The translations under genes were made by a program, and so were the position numbers. Below, piece after piece: positions 36,492-47,822 of a DNA stretch of 64,000 nt. Location: positions 33,480,001 through 33,544,000 of the forward strand of contig OZ249437.1 in NCBI GenBank assembly GCA_965235115.1. The letters are read 5' to 3'. Origin of the DNA: Laetmonice hystrix. Its lineage: Eukaryota. The notes below the pieces were generated by a model. It saw only the letters and a list, made by a program, of their open reading frames with translations, made no database searches and was not told the origin of the DNA. Each line of letters begins with the position of its first letter. Within the stretch, counting starts at the first letter, position 1.

Positions 36492-36704
36492 ATGGAGGAT
36501 GGGTCGTGGTGGTGGGGTGGGGAGAACGTGGAGCAGGCAGGGACTGCCACTGGAGAAGTCGAGTACATGGACCTCCAGTACGGCTGTATGGAGGTGTATG
36601 TACTGGAGATGATGGGGCTGGATGTGTTTATGGAGTGGCCGTATGTGGCTGTGCCCTTTGTACTGGTCATCGGTGTACTCGTCGTTCTGGTCCTGTTTCT
36701 GCGG
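36492..36704 (+). CDS. shot: Candidate alternative first coding exon: 71 aa, acidic N-tail plus single transmembrane helix (YVAVPFVLVIGVLVVLVLFL-R), splicing to plakin exon 6
   Basis: Strong Kozak caccATGG after in-frame TAG (36462-36464); 213 nt open; consensus donor CGG|gtaagt in phase 0, matching the phase 0 acceptor at 40291; 20 consecutive uncharged, mostly hydrophobic residues; GC-box-like (accgccc) and inverted CCAAT (ctattgg) motifs 240-280 nt upstream. Confidence 0.7.
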
Positions 36705-37266
36705 GTAAGTTTGTTAGACCTGAGGGCACTGGCGGATCGGGGGGGGGGAGGGACTGGGGCCAACAGATGTACTTGGTTGATCCAAGACGTTGACGTCCAG
36801 AGACAATAAGAATGGTGATTGATAACTGTGAGCAGTGGCGGATCCAGGGGGATAAGGAACCCACCCACCCATTGGCAACCGTTTTTTTTTTTTTTGCCCA
36901 CAGTCGATATAGCACTTTACGAATTGATAATGCCCAAGCAACTTCTTCCCCTAAACCAACCTGGCGAGATGTTATAAAAATGTTCAGATTTGGGTGCATT
37001 ATCATATTTAATATTATAGTTAATCTAAGGAATTGGATATAGAAGCATTAGGTTACATTACCCTGAACCCAGCTTCAACCACATCGCCACTGTAAATAGT
37101 CCGACTCGGGTTAAATGAAATAAAATGTTCCAGTGAAGATGGCCAATACTTGCAACCAGTTACATCTTCCGTCCAGATTAACCAGATTGGAGAAAAGGCT
37201 AAGACAGTAACGATTAAATTAAGCCGCTGGTGACATGTAGTGGACATTATATCACCTTGATATTAA

Positions 37267-37706
37267 AGGCAGGGTAAACACCCACGGCAAATAAGGTTTC
37301 ATAGACCAAATAAAACACCAGCATTTACCTCAGGGCAATAAATGCCACAATTACGTTGTCTGAATGAAGTAATTAACGTGTAACCGCCCGATGTATGACG
37401 CCGCTGGTTCTTACCTTGGCTTCTTGTGTGTTCATCAAAGCCGAATGCTGTACACCGCGGCGTATTGCGTAACATTACGTGCAACTCTGCTCACAGACCT
37501 TGTCTACACGATGTTTGAAATCCCAACGTTTGTAAACGTCCGAGGTGTTGAATACCCAAGCAGAACCAGTTGCGTCACACATCGGGCAGTTACACGTTAA
37601 TTACTCCATTTATACAGCGTAATTGCGGCATTTATTGCCCTGAGGTAAATGCTGGTGTTTCATTTGGTCTATGAAACCTTATTTGCCGTGGGTGTTTACC
37701 CTGCCT
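37267..37706. mobile_element. 440-bp MITE with ~145-bp near-perfect TIRs, TTAA target site and AGG...CCT termini (Kolobok-like)
   Basis: TTAA|aggcagggtaaacacccacggcaaataaggtttcatagacc... mirrored by ...ggtctatgaaaccttatttgccgtgggtgtttaccctgcct|TTAA. Confidence 0.93.
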
Positions 37707-40290
37707 TTAAAGAACGGTAGGCTAAGACTTGAACATATTCGACATATAGGACTTTCAGAAACTGTATTACTATGTTGATTATGAATGTCAAATTTTGGCA
37801 AGGGTATAAGGAAGATCTGTGTGAAGGTGTTGAACCGAACGTTAAATTGACGATTGCACCGGTACTTTTCTTAAAGACCTGCCCAGGATGGGGAACAAAC
37901 ACTTAGTATCAAACTTTGAACAGAACGGATCACTTTCAAAGATAAAGTGAGAGATAAACGGTAACTGTATGAATATCATTCATCTTGACGTGTCAGGAGC
38001 TCCGAGTCTGAGATCAAAGGTATCGCTCAGTGATAAATATAATTAATATTTGGGGGTTTCAGTGCTGTAGATCTCTTGAAGAAAAGGAATGGAAAGTCTC
38101 TGCATATTTTCATTTGGTCTATAGGAGGCGAATTGGACTGGACTTGTTTGGTGACTACAGATTTAATTGTATTGTATTTTTATCTGCGTCGGACTGATGG
38201 ACATCCTAGACATGACATTTCCAACCAGATTTCGAAGAAAGTTAGAAATTCGCCATTGTTGATGTAAAATTTGATAATGCAGCAAACTACATTCCGTACA
38301 ATTTACCGATCAGGTGTAGAGAGGAGCAGAACCTCGTGGTTGGGTAACATGTGACTGTGTATTCACTGATACATGGCCTCCTGGTTGTTACACAGTGTGT
38401 TTACAGCATGTACCAGCGGGTAGCTAAGATTGTCCGCTCCCTGGCCCTGGGACAGCTAGCTACTTCATGATGGGAATGTTAATACAGGACACCGACTGTA
38501 TTATACAGTGGGTGACATGACTCTCACCAGACATCTCATGGGACGACTGCCAAGCCAGTCCAGAGATTCAGAAAAAGAATAATTTTGTTATTGAGTTGGG
38601 ATTTTGGGGGGGATATATTGATAAATTAATGATACTGTCGTATGAACTCGTTTGTTTGTTAATATCTGTCATTCTGTATATTGCTTCACGTGGAACTGAC
38701 TATAGTATAGGTTACGGAGACCAGCATTGGGTGGCCACACACCTACCAGTCTCCGGCGTCGTCCTTTCAAAACTTGATGATCCCAGCATAGATTACCTCA
38801 CATCAAGCTGGCTGGGGGTTCACTAAGTATTCTGAGATCCACAACGAATCAGACCATTGATTAGTAACAATAACCATAAAATATATTATTTAGATTTTTT
38901 TATATATGGAATGAAGCATGAAGGTTTATTATGAAACAACATAAGGGAATGAAGATGAGCAGAGTTAAATATTTCAGTCCGACTCAGTTTGTCCGATCAG
39001 CCGACGGGCCTGGCTGACAGGTACCTGGCTGGGTATTGTGTTAAAGGAGCAATCCGTGGTAGCCGTGTCAGGGTGCCAGAACACCTTGTCACTGACCTAC
39101 AGGCCGACCTGCTCGCAGGCGTACACTGCAACCAGTGGAAAACAACCAAATACTGTCCGTAGTATGCAGGAACGTGACAAACAACGTTTTGTTTTTGTCC
39201 AGAAAAAAAATATATATCCAGGTCAACCATAGAACTTCATACCAAATTCAAACAGATTGTAGGGCCCAACGTAGTTGTGTGAGAGATTTAAACTTCAGGA
39301 ACGAATGAAATAGTGAATAAAATATCGTTTTGTATGCATATTACTTTCGTGGTAGTTGAGGTCATAAAAATGGCTCAGCGTTAAAAATTTCCCTTAGGTG
39401 GTGGTAATTGGATATGGTTTTTATTCCACCATAAAATTCTGGAGAAAAATTTGTTTGATTAGATTAGGTCGACATGATCTCTCGCTCGGAATTAGAATGA
39501 ACACTATGTGTAAAAGTCCGTTTTCTAAGAGAATCCTCTGTTAGGCCCGCAACAAGGATATATCCTTCATGAAAAACAGGTCGAGTGAACCAGACAGTTT
39601 AAAAAGATTTGACCGAAACGATGTCAACAGGTTGACGTTTTCCCAATCCAGTGGAGAAGTACCTTCTTGGCCTTGATAAATACTGACTGGTAGTCTACAC
39701 ATGTCACTCCTGAACAAATACTTGGTAATATTGAGTGGTAGAGAGTGAACTTTATACAACCATGAGAACTTGACAGAGAAAAAATCAGATTCTGATGACG
39801 CCACAAGGTCCAGGTATCGGGTGCCGTCCATGTCTATTATAATCTCTTGTATTCTCTGTGGACTTTGGGACAGAATAGGTCTTCTCTATCACTTGCTTGT
39901 CGTATGAGGCGACCAAGTAATTTTTTGTCTTCTTTATTTTATCTCTTCTATGTCATTTTCCGTGCGTGGGGCATTGAAGACAATACATGTATGTCCACCC
40001 CAAAAGTATTAAACAATGTAGAACCCCCCCCCCCCTTCGGAAGATGCCCTGTAGTTGCTGATGGGACTTTATATAATTCTGTCACATTAATCTAGAATAA
40101 TGATGTAGTTTTCCGTCTCTTCAAGTGGATTATCAGGAACAAGTTGGAGACCCCATGCAGCAGACCTCCTCCAACCACCGTGCCCTGTTCGATGTGACGG
40201 CTACTCGTGGTCAGCCCTACCTATACATGTTGTACACACAGTAGTTAGATTTTGTAGCTCACTAACTAGAAATGAATTTGATTTTTGCAG

Positions 40291-40421
40291 GAGTTGTCGG
40301 CCAACCGGGGTCAGTTTTCGATTGAGGAACAACTCCACATGGATAACATTAGTCGGCAGTGGGACCGTTTGACTCTGGTTCAGCAGGAGAAAGATATGTC
40401 ACTTCAGGCGGAACTCTCACG
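40291..40421 (+). CDS. shot: Spectraplakin exon 6 (ELSANRGQFSIEEQLHMDNISRQWDRLTLVQQEKDMSLQAELS-R)
   Basis: atttttgcag acceptor, gtacgt donor; phase 0 in, phase 2 out, continuing into LERLQRLA. Confidence 0.93.
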
Positions 40422-40843
40422 GTACGTACAACCTGGACAACCAACTCGCACGTCTCTACAGGGTCAGCTGCATGGGCAAAAACAAACACAACCTCCTTGT
40501 TTTTTTTAGCACCCCGTCTATAAAGTGTGCTGAGATTTTCTTTGTTGCCCATTTCAGTACTTATATATATATAATAAAATCAAGCCTTTTAAATTGTTAT
40601 ACATTATTCTTTTGACAATATATTTTAATCCATTTCTCAGATACAAAGTTATCTTTTTCCGACTCTGTTTAATTTGATACAGTCCACATATAAAACAAGT
40701 AATGGTCCTGCTGAAATCGTATTTAATTCAATATACATGTTTGTAATTGGTACTAATGGCTAATTGTTTATGCTGACCCAATGTTTAGTTTAATATTCTG
40801 GTTGCACAGTGATATAATGTTGTGGATGTTTTGGATGCTGCAG

Positions 40844-40937
40844 ACTGGAGCGGCTGCAGCGGCTGGCTGAGAAGGTTCACCGCGACTGCCGCTCCTGTGA
40901 GGATCACCTGGAGGACATTGACAGGAGGATCATAGAG
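40844..40937 (+). CDS. shot: Spectraplakin exon 7 (LERLQRLAEKVHRDCRSCEDHLEDIDRRIIE)
   Basis: gatgctgcag acceptor, gtcagt donor; RLE.LQRLA.K motif conserved in plakins; phase 2 in, phase 0 out. Confidence 0.95.
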
Positions 40938-41544
40938 GTCAGTAGGTGCAAGTGTCCACCACCTACCCACTCATGTCGTGATCAGATTCGATGCCCTCCA
41001 CTTGGTAGAGAAGCTACACAATGTGAAGGCCGGGCAGGAATTCAGATCTACATCTGTATATAGCATGGTCTAGACTAATTTGCAAAGAGGGCAGATGTAT
41101 TATTAACTATAATTGTAGACTTAATGAGCCAATTTAGTTGTTTACTAGAGGAGTGACATTGGCACTGTGTTTGGGTTGACCCATATATAGGCCTGGCTCT
41201 CTGGTTGATGGAGAACAATTATGAAGGCATGCGAGTTCCTGTGGCGGAATTTTATAATTTGGGGAAAGAGACTTAATGGTTTGCATGAAGAGATTGATGG
41301 AATTCTCTCCATGATGAACTAAGCAGAACTTGGTTCGGACTTAATAAGATGGGGTGAAGCCCATGAATCAATGATAGAATCAGGTACTGGTAGCTCACCT
41401 AAACTTTCCTGGAGAAACACAACTTAGAACTTGTAATATGCAAACCCACCTCCCCCCACCTCCCCCAAAAAGTAAAATTTAAAAAAATATTGACTCTTTA
41501 AAAATTGACTATAAAAGGGTTGCTCGATTGCTTGTTTTTGGCAG

Positions 41545-41708
41545 GAGGAGCAGCGTGTGGATAAGGTGCACCCCCAAGATGCCAAGCACAGCTGTGACGC
41601 CCTCCAGGCTGCTCTGCGGAAGGTTGAGGACAACATCAACAATCTGGTGTCGGATGTCCAGGCACTCAAAGACGGCCACTACCACCAGTCGGAACAACTG
41701 CACCGCAG
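41545..41708 (+). CDS. shot: Spectraplakin exon 8 (EEQRVDKVHPQDAKHSCDALQAALRKVEDNINNLVSDVQALKDGHYHQSEQLHR-R)
   Basis: gtttttggcag acceptor, gtacag donor; DVQ.LKDG.Y.Q.EQL.RR motif; phase 0 in, phase 2 out. Confidence 0.96.
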
Positions 41709-41909
41709 GTACAGCCTCCTTACTCATGGGCAATAAAGTCAGGAAGTTACTCAGGATACTGGACTTGTTGAGGCTCTGGGATACTTAACGCATTGTTGAT
41801 AGGGGGATACTGCATTGTTACCCGTGGATACTAAACTCATGGTTACTCAGGGGTACTCGTTGTGAGGCAGGGATATTGAACTCATTGTAACTTAGGGACA
41901 TTGTTACTT

Positions 41910-42235
41910 GGGATACTGAAATCGTCTCTTGGGGATGCTGAACTTGTTGTAACTTTGGGATACTGAAGTCATCAGTTGGGGAAGCTGAATTCATTGTAAC
42001 TTTGGGATACTGAAGTCATCAGTCGGGGATGCTGAATTCATTGTAACTTTGGGATACTGAAGTCATCAGTCGGGGATGCTGAATTCATTGTAACTTTGGG
42101 ATACTGAAGTCATCAGTCGGGGATGCTGAATTCATTGTAACTTTGGGATACTGAAGTCATCAGTCGGGGATGCTGAATTCATTGTAACTTTGGGATACTG
42201 AAGTCATCAGTCGGGGATGCTGAATTCATTGTAAC
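41910..42235. repeat. 47-bp minisatellite, 7 copies, preceded by degenerate ~23-bp monomers from about 41750
   Basis: Unit gggatactgaagtcatcagtcggggatgctgaattcattgtaacttt at 47-bp spacing. Confidence 0.96.
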
Positions 42236-42347
42236 GCAGGGAAACTGAAGTCATTGTCACTCAGAAATATTGAAAGTTGCAGTATATGCTTGCCTGGAGT
42301 AAGAATGATGAGATGTGGTAATATCATGTACATTTTCTCGGTTCCAG

Positions 42348-42552
42348 GGTTTACCGGATCCATCAGCGGTGGCTGAGCCTGAAGTCTCAACTCCAGAAAG
42401 AACTCCTTCCTAAGCTGGCCTCCAGGGCGTACGTCCAGGAGGGCCAGTCGCTGAAGCGGCGCACCGAGATCATCACCTCAGTCAGGCTTGTTGAAACCAA
42501 CGAGGCGTTCAAGCATGTTCAGGAGGTCCTTGACTGGATCCAAAACAAGCAG
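42348..42552 (+). CDS. shot: Spectraplakin exon 9 (VYRIHQRWLSLKSQLQKELLPKL...FKHVQEVLDWIQNKQ)
   Basis: ggttccag acceptor, gtaatt donor; VYR+H+R motif; phase 2 in, phase 0 out. Confidence 0.95.
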
Positions 42553-42690
42553 GTAATTCTCAGGTGGCACCAGCTACAAGACGTTCGGGGCATTATATAG
42601 CAGACATTTCTACCTGCAGAGATACTAAAGGGTTCTCAAAAAGGAAGATACCTTTCTTATTTTGTGCTAAAAATGTTGTTTCTGTTTCAG

Positions 42691-42819
42691 ATCGAGTTAG
42701 AGGGCTCTGGGTATGGCTCTGACCTTGAGACGGCCCGCGAAGTCCTCGAGAACCACAAACGAGTTCATCGCGAGATTCTGGACTACCGTAGTGAAGTTGA
42801 TAGATGTTTTGCTGACAAA
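42691..42819 (+). CDS. shot: Spectraplakin exon 10 (IELEGSGYGSDLETAREVLENHKRVHREILDYRSEVDRCFADK)
   Basis: ctgtttcag acceptor, gtaagt donor, 129 nt, phase 0/0; YGSDL......L..H...H..I spectrin-repeat motif. Confidence 0.96.
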
Positions 42820-43020
42820 GTAAGTAGCGCCATAGGGTTTGATATCATAGGTGATTACTGTTGAATAATGTGAATGATTTGCAGGAATTGCATTGCTGCA
42901 TACACGAGTTTGGAATTATTATCCTGTATTTACTCGGAGGACTTGTGTGTGCTATGATCAGAGATGTAGTGGTGTGTTTGACTTGTGTCAATTATTGTGT
43001 TATGTGATTCTGATCAACAG

Positions 43021-43098
43021 CGCCAACTAGATGCAGACGAACAAAAACTTTACCAGCAGTACCTGTCCAAGGTGGAGTTCGGATACCCACAGTTAACG
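43021..43098 (+). CDS. shot: Spectraplakin exon 11 (RQLDADEQKLYQQYLSKVEFGYPQLT)
   Basis: gatcaacag acceptor, gtaagc donor, 78 nt, phase 0/0, open frame bridging exons 10 and 12. Confidence 0.88.
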
Positions 43099-43437
43099 GT
43101 AAGCAACAACTCTTCTCAGTAAAGAAAAGTGTGGTGAAAAGGCAAAGGTAGAAAAGCTATGAGCACTTACCTGAGAGGGAAGCTTGCTGAGAATAAACCT
43201 TAACTCGTAAAGTTGTTACATATAATGTCAAAGATGGCCCCAGTTTAAATAGTCCAGTGTCCGGAAGGTGATATTCACATGAAAAGGAAGGCCATATCAA
43301 AAGCTTGCATTGCTTTAGTATATTATAAAGGCATGAAGAATGCATTACTTTTATGATGTAAAAATCACTAGTACTTTAATATATTAAAAAGTCATTCGGA
43401 TTATAGGGCCGCTTTATATATGTTGATTTTCCTGCAG

Positions 43438-43599
43438 GGTGTTTCCAATCGCCGCACCAAGAACCTGGAGAGCCTAGCTAACTTCCTGGAGGCCTCCACA
43501 GCCGAGCTGGTGTGGCTGAGTGATCGCGAGGAGATGGAGATCTCCAGGGACTGGAGCGCCAAGGGACTGGACCCGGCCCAGCTGGAGCAGTACTTTGAG
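43438..43599 (+). CDS. shot: Spectraplakin exon 12 (GVSNRRTKNLESLANFLEASTAELVWLSDREEMEISRDWSAKGLDPAQLEQYFE)
   Basis: ttttcctgcag acceptor, gtgaga donor; LESL..F...AT.EL.WL..+EE.E+..DWS plakin motif; phase 0/0. Confidence 0.97.
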
Positions 43600-45465
43600 G
43601 TGAGACTGTGGGTGTGGGCCGTGGGTACTGGGTGTGGGTGTGTGCCATCCCTGCTTTGTATTGGCAGTAGGCCGACTTGGTCTACCTCAACCACTTAGAC
43701 ATACCCTACACTCGCTCAGATTCAAATGGAAATTAGCATGTGTACAGAGTATGGCGTCAGTGAAAATTCAAGGTGTTCGTGAAAACTTTGGAAGTCACCA
43801 AGTTGTAATTCATTTTCTATTGGTGTCCGATTTTAGAGTGTAGACCCTCAAACGAATAAGGACATTGTTTAGATAGTGAATGTCATGATATGTTATGTCA
43901 TGTGAAGAGCGACACTGGTTCTTTGTCGGGCTGCTTTACCCTAACGCCTAGATCACGAGGCATGCCGCCACCCTGTACGATGTGGGCAAAGACCAGCTCC
44001 TCACAGGCTGACGTTATGCACAAGACATCGGCGTTTTTGGACTAGCAATTTGTGGTTTTATGTAGGGAGTGTGTTTTCCCAGTTGTTTTTTGCCAACACT
44101 AACAAAGGCACACCATATTGTGTTACAGACTGGCACACCAGGAACGAAGGTTTGAGTTCAAGTCGCTTTGAAAGCATGCAGTTTCTGTCACCGGTTTCTA
44201 AATGTCTGCTTGTTTTATTTGACGGTACCCTGGGCGAGGCTCTTCAGTCGTCGAGCTTCATGTAGATTTTTGTTCGTTTTCCCCATAAATTATATACACG
44301 AATATTGATTTGCCAGATTCCTGGCACTACTTGCACACGGTCCGCCCCAACCTTTGTCTGTTCTCGATCACAGTGCAGTGTCCCCATCGTTGTTGTCCTT
44401 TAGCATTTTTTTGGTGGTGGTGGTGAAAAAACAGCTTTTTGATTCAGACAGATTCTTTTCATGAAATCCTTTTATTTACATATGAAGATCTATTTCGATT
44501 ACACAATGACTACTTTCTTTTGGGTCGTTTTGATGGACTGGTTGGAAAGAGACACATTTCCAGACTACGTATAGTTATCATGGTTGTAACTTCCACAATC
44601 TTGTGACCCCGCAGAAATAAACAGTAAAATATTTTCATGGCAATTGAAATGTCTCCCAAATAATATCCCAGGGAAGTTATTATTGTGCAAAACCTGATCG
44701 TGTTTTGATCAGATGGGTCCGTTTGAGTTTTATTTTCGTCAAGAGAGTATTCAGGCCATATCTCTTATCTCCTAAATGGTCATGACTACATACGTCATTC
44801 GTTGTATTTGTAAAACACGTTAGTACCTGGACCGTACAGGTCAGGTCAACTACACTGGAGACTATGGTGGATGTAAGACAGTGTAATGTCGGCTTGATAA
44901 AGACTGACAGGACTCAGTCTTGCAGAGTCCTTTAAATAGTCGGTCCCTAAGGATGCCAAGAATTCCTCATTATAAAACACAAGTGGACCGAATGAACTCC
45001 TCTTTTTCTAACGAAGGGAACTGTCTGTGAAACCACCCTTTTTTATAGGTTCCTTTCTTTTCACTTCTGCAGCCAGAAAGTTATTGTACGTTTATTTGTA
45101 GATTTGATCTAAGAAGATGTAGATTCGATAATTTTGCCAACAGAATTAAATGTAGTAGTAAAGCGTACAGTGAATACAGGTTGTGGAGACAAGTGTAAAG
45201 GTTACACTTAGAAGATTTGTTTTGAAATAATAGTTTATCTTATACCATTGCTCTGTACCCAGTGTCAGAGACGATTGTTTAAAGCTAAACCATTTAAGCA
45301 AATTCAACATTTGGTCAACGGCTTCACTAACAAAACATCAGCTCTCTCTCCTTGTACAGGGTTCATTGATCCATTAATTAGGGCACAGTGACCTAATAAG
45401 TCAGACATGGTGTGACCTTAAGGTAGGATTCAATGATTTTTGATTATGAACATCTCGTTTTGTAG

Positions 45466-45570
45466 AGCCTGATGAGGGAACTTGAAGGTCGCGAGGCACA
45501 TTTCCGATCAGTTGGAGACAGGGGAGAAGAACTTATCCTGGCTCACCATCCAGCTGCCAAGACTATCGAG
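45466..45570 (+). CDS. shot: Spectraplakin exon 13 (SLMRELEGREAHFRSVGDRGEELILAHHPAAKTIE)
   Basis: gttttgtag acceptor, gtgagg donor; LM.ELE.+E......G+.L+...HPA..TIE motif; phase 0/0. Confidence 0.97.
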
Positions 45571-45731
45571 GTGAGGATATCTCTCATCCTTCACAGTACT
45601 CAAGGAAAAGAACCTAGAATAATTCAGAGGACATTTCATTGTAGACATAGTCCTGTGGTTGATGAGTTTCTAATAGGAAATGGAAGGTGTGAAGAAGTGC
45701 CAAGTATGACATGGTTATGCTATTGTTGTAG

Positions 45732-45827
45732 GCGTACATGGCAGCCATGCAGACCCAGTGGTCGTGGCTTCTACAGCTCACCGTCTGTTTTGATACTCAC
45801 CTGAAAAACGCTTCCAAATACCACCAG
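45732..45827 (+). CDS. shot: Spectraplakin exon 14 (AYMAAMQTQWSWLLQLTVCFDTHLKNASKYHQ)
   Basis: tgttgtag acceptor, gtaggt donor; AY.AAMQTQWSW.LQL..C...HLK signature; phase 0/0. Confidence 0.97.
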
Positions 45828-46107
45828 GTAGGTGACAGTACTATTTATGTTGTCCGCTCAAGGTACAAAGACACCTGTGGCGTTCTTAGAGTGATTTTAT
45901 CAAGAATCTATAGAATATTAGAATATCTTGATTTTATCAAGAATACACTTACTATAAACATATAGTAACTAGACTACATCCAGCCCAAGCCGAGGACAGC
46001 ACCTAAAACGATGCAGATTGTTATATAATATAGAATCAGGTAGATTGATATTATACTAGTTCTGCCGGTAAGGGACTGAGACAGCTGTCTTGTTGTTTGG
46101 GTTTTAG

Positions 46108-46230
46108 TTCTACAAGGAGGCGCCAGAGGTCGAGAAATGGGTGGCACAGATGACACAGGCTCTCAACACTTACTATAAACGGTCCTACGTGTCGCTGGAC
46201 GAGGGCGAGAAACTCATCAGGGAGATTCAG
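46108..46230 (+). CDS. shot: Spectraplakin exon 15 (FYKEAPEVEKWVAQMTQALNTYYKRSYVSLDEGEKLIREIQ)
   Basis: gttttag acceptor, gtaatc donor, 123 nt, phase 0/0. Confidence 0.93.
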
Positions 46231-46380
46231 GTAATCCTCTTACTATACCTGCTCATCACAAGTCGAGTGATGGGAATTCAGGTCATCAATGATTAAAATC
46301 GGAACAATACACATTGTGACATTCATATGTCATATTATATGTTTGATATTGCGGTGACATTGATGGTGATTTGGCTACAG

Positions 46381-46527
46381 GAGATGTACACCCAGGTCAG
46401 TCAGTACACCGAAGTTGTGGAGACTCTCAACCGCCGCAGTCAGGAGATTGTTCCACTCAAGATACGCTCGCAGCGACAACAACGACCCCGCAAAGTGACA
46501 GCTCTCTGTTCATACAAGCAGCTCAAC
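46381..46527 (+). CDS. shot: Spectraplakin exon 16: SR5 helix and start of SH3 (EMYTQV...RSQEIVPLKIRSQRQQRPRKVTALCSYKQLN)
   Basis: ggctacag acceptor, gtaagt donor; IVPLK.R and V.ALC.YKQ motifs; phase 0/0. Confidence 0.96.
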
Positions 46528-46755
46528 GTAAGTATTTTATACTGCAGCAGTCTTTCACTGAAAAGATCTTAGATGTTGTGTACTGTAGTTAATCCTGGAA
46601 AAATGACTTGAAGCAGAGTTGTTGTCCCATTACAAAGAAAGAAACTGCTTACCTTGAAAAAAGTTTAAAGAAGGTAAAATGTTGTAAAGTTAGGCTGTAT
46701 CGTAAAAGCCAGTAACCTTGACGTATTTGATCAATATTTATTTGTTTGTATTTAG

Positions 46756-46910
46756 ATGAGTATTTCGAAGGGAGAAGATTGCCTGTTGCTGGACAACAGC
46801 CAGAAGACCAAGTGGAAGGTGCGGAACTCTACAGGCATCGAGGGTTTGGTACCAGCCGTCTGCTTCCTAATACCACCCCCAGACCAGGAGGCCATTGACT
46901 ACGCCAACAT
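46756..46910 (+). CDS. shot: Spectraplakin exon 17: plakin SH3 (MSISKGEDCLLLDNSQKTKWKVRNSTGIEGLVPAVCFLIPPPDQEAIDYAN)
   Basis: tgtatttag acceptor, gtacgt donor; L.DNS....W.V....G.E..VP.VCF..PPP signature; phase 0 in, phase 2 out. Confidence 0.97.
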
Positions 46911-47104
46911 GTACGTGCTCCATCCCCAGTCTCTGGGCTTGTTTTACGTGATGGTCTTTAATCTTACAGAATGTGACTCTTTACCTGACAGGTATTTTAC
47001 AGAAAATTTTACATAGTGGGAAGACCAGGAAAAGAAGGCAGTTATTGCCCGATGTGAATGTAATGATTTGGATAAGAAGTTTGATTGCTTTCTTCCTTGT
47101 TTAG

Positions 47105-47219
47105 AATTCGTCGTGACTTTGAAGAACTAAAGAAACTCTGGCGGGAAAGACAGCGCAGCCTGAAACAACACATGATATTTGCTACCATCAACGTTGTCAA
47201 ACAGTGGGACCTTCGGCAG
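47105..47219 (+). CDS. shot: Spectraplakin exon 18 (IRRDFEELKKLWRERQRSLKQHMIFATINVVKQWDLRQ)
   Basis: cttgtttag acceptor, gttggt donor; phase 2 in, phase 0 out. Confidence 0.93.
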
Positions 47220-47464
47220 GTTGGTTGATCTGTGAAAGTGATAACTAGTGCTGAACTAGCCCCGAATTCTCAAACCTCTAAAGGCAGCACGTCATTACTC
47301 TGGTTTTATTGCGTATGTTTCCACTGAGAATGAGAGACAGCACATTACTGGACCCCAGATAGTTTGTCTCAGTCATATTAAAATTCGTTGAGAAAATTGG
47401 TTGTTAGATAGAAGAAAAAAGTAGTGGAAAGTTTATTTGTCACTGAGCGTCATTATGTGATCAG

Positions 47465-47648
47465 TTCAAGGCAGTTGGCGCCACCCAGCGGGAGGCTATC
47501 ATGACGGCCCTAAACGAGGATGCCGAGAAGCTCATTGCAGAGTATGAGGCTGCGGGGGCCAGGGACCCAGCATTGCAAAGATTACAAGAGGAGATACGGC
47601 AGTGCAACAAACACTTCCACGATCTAATGGCACAGTGCCGAAACTTGG
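47465..47648 (+). CDS. shot: Spectraplakin exon 19 (FKAVGATQREAIMTALNEDAEKLIAEY...HFHDLMAQCRNL)
   Basis: gtgatcag acceptor, gtaaga donor; phase 0 in, phase 1 out. Confidence 0.92.
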
Positions 47649-47822
47649 GTAAGATTTCAACCCTCTGATGTGTTGATTTTCAAAGTCATCACAAAGAGAT
47701 ACTAGACGTAAAGAATTGTCCTACCACGGTAGATTAAACATATGTGGTAGCTATATTCAAGATGATACCAGCAGTGCCATTTGTTTTGAGCTTTGTGCTG
47801 ATGGCTGTTTCTGATCTGGTAG

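Noticed and set aside
15915-42235. Regularly spaced repeats as possible CRISPR arrays
   Set aside because: The units are contiguous with no unique spacers and lie in spliceosomal introns; they are minisatellites.
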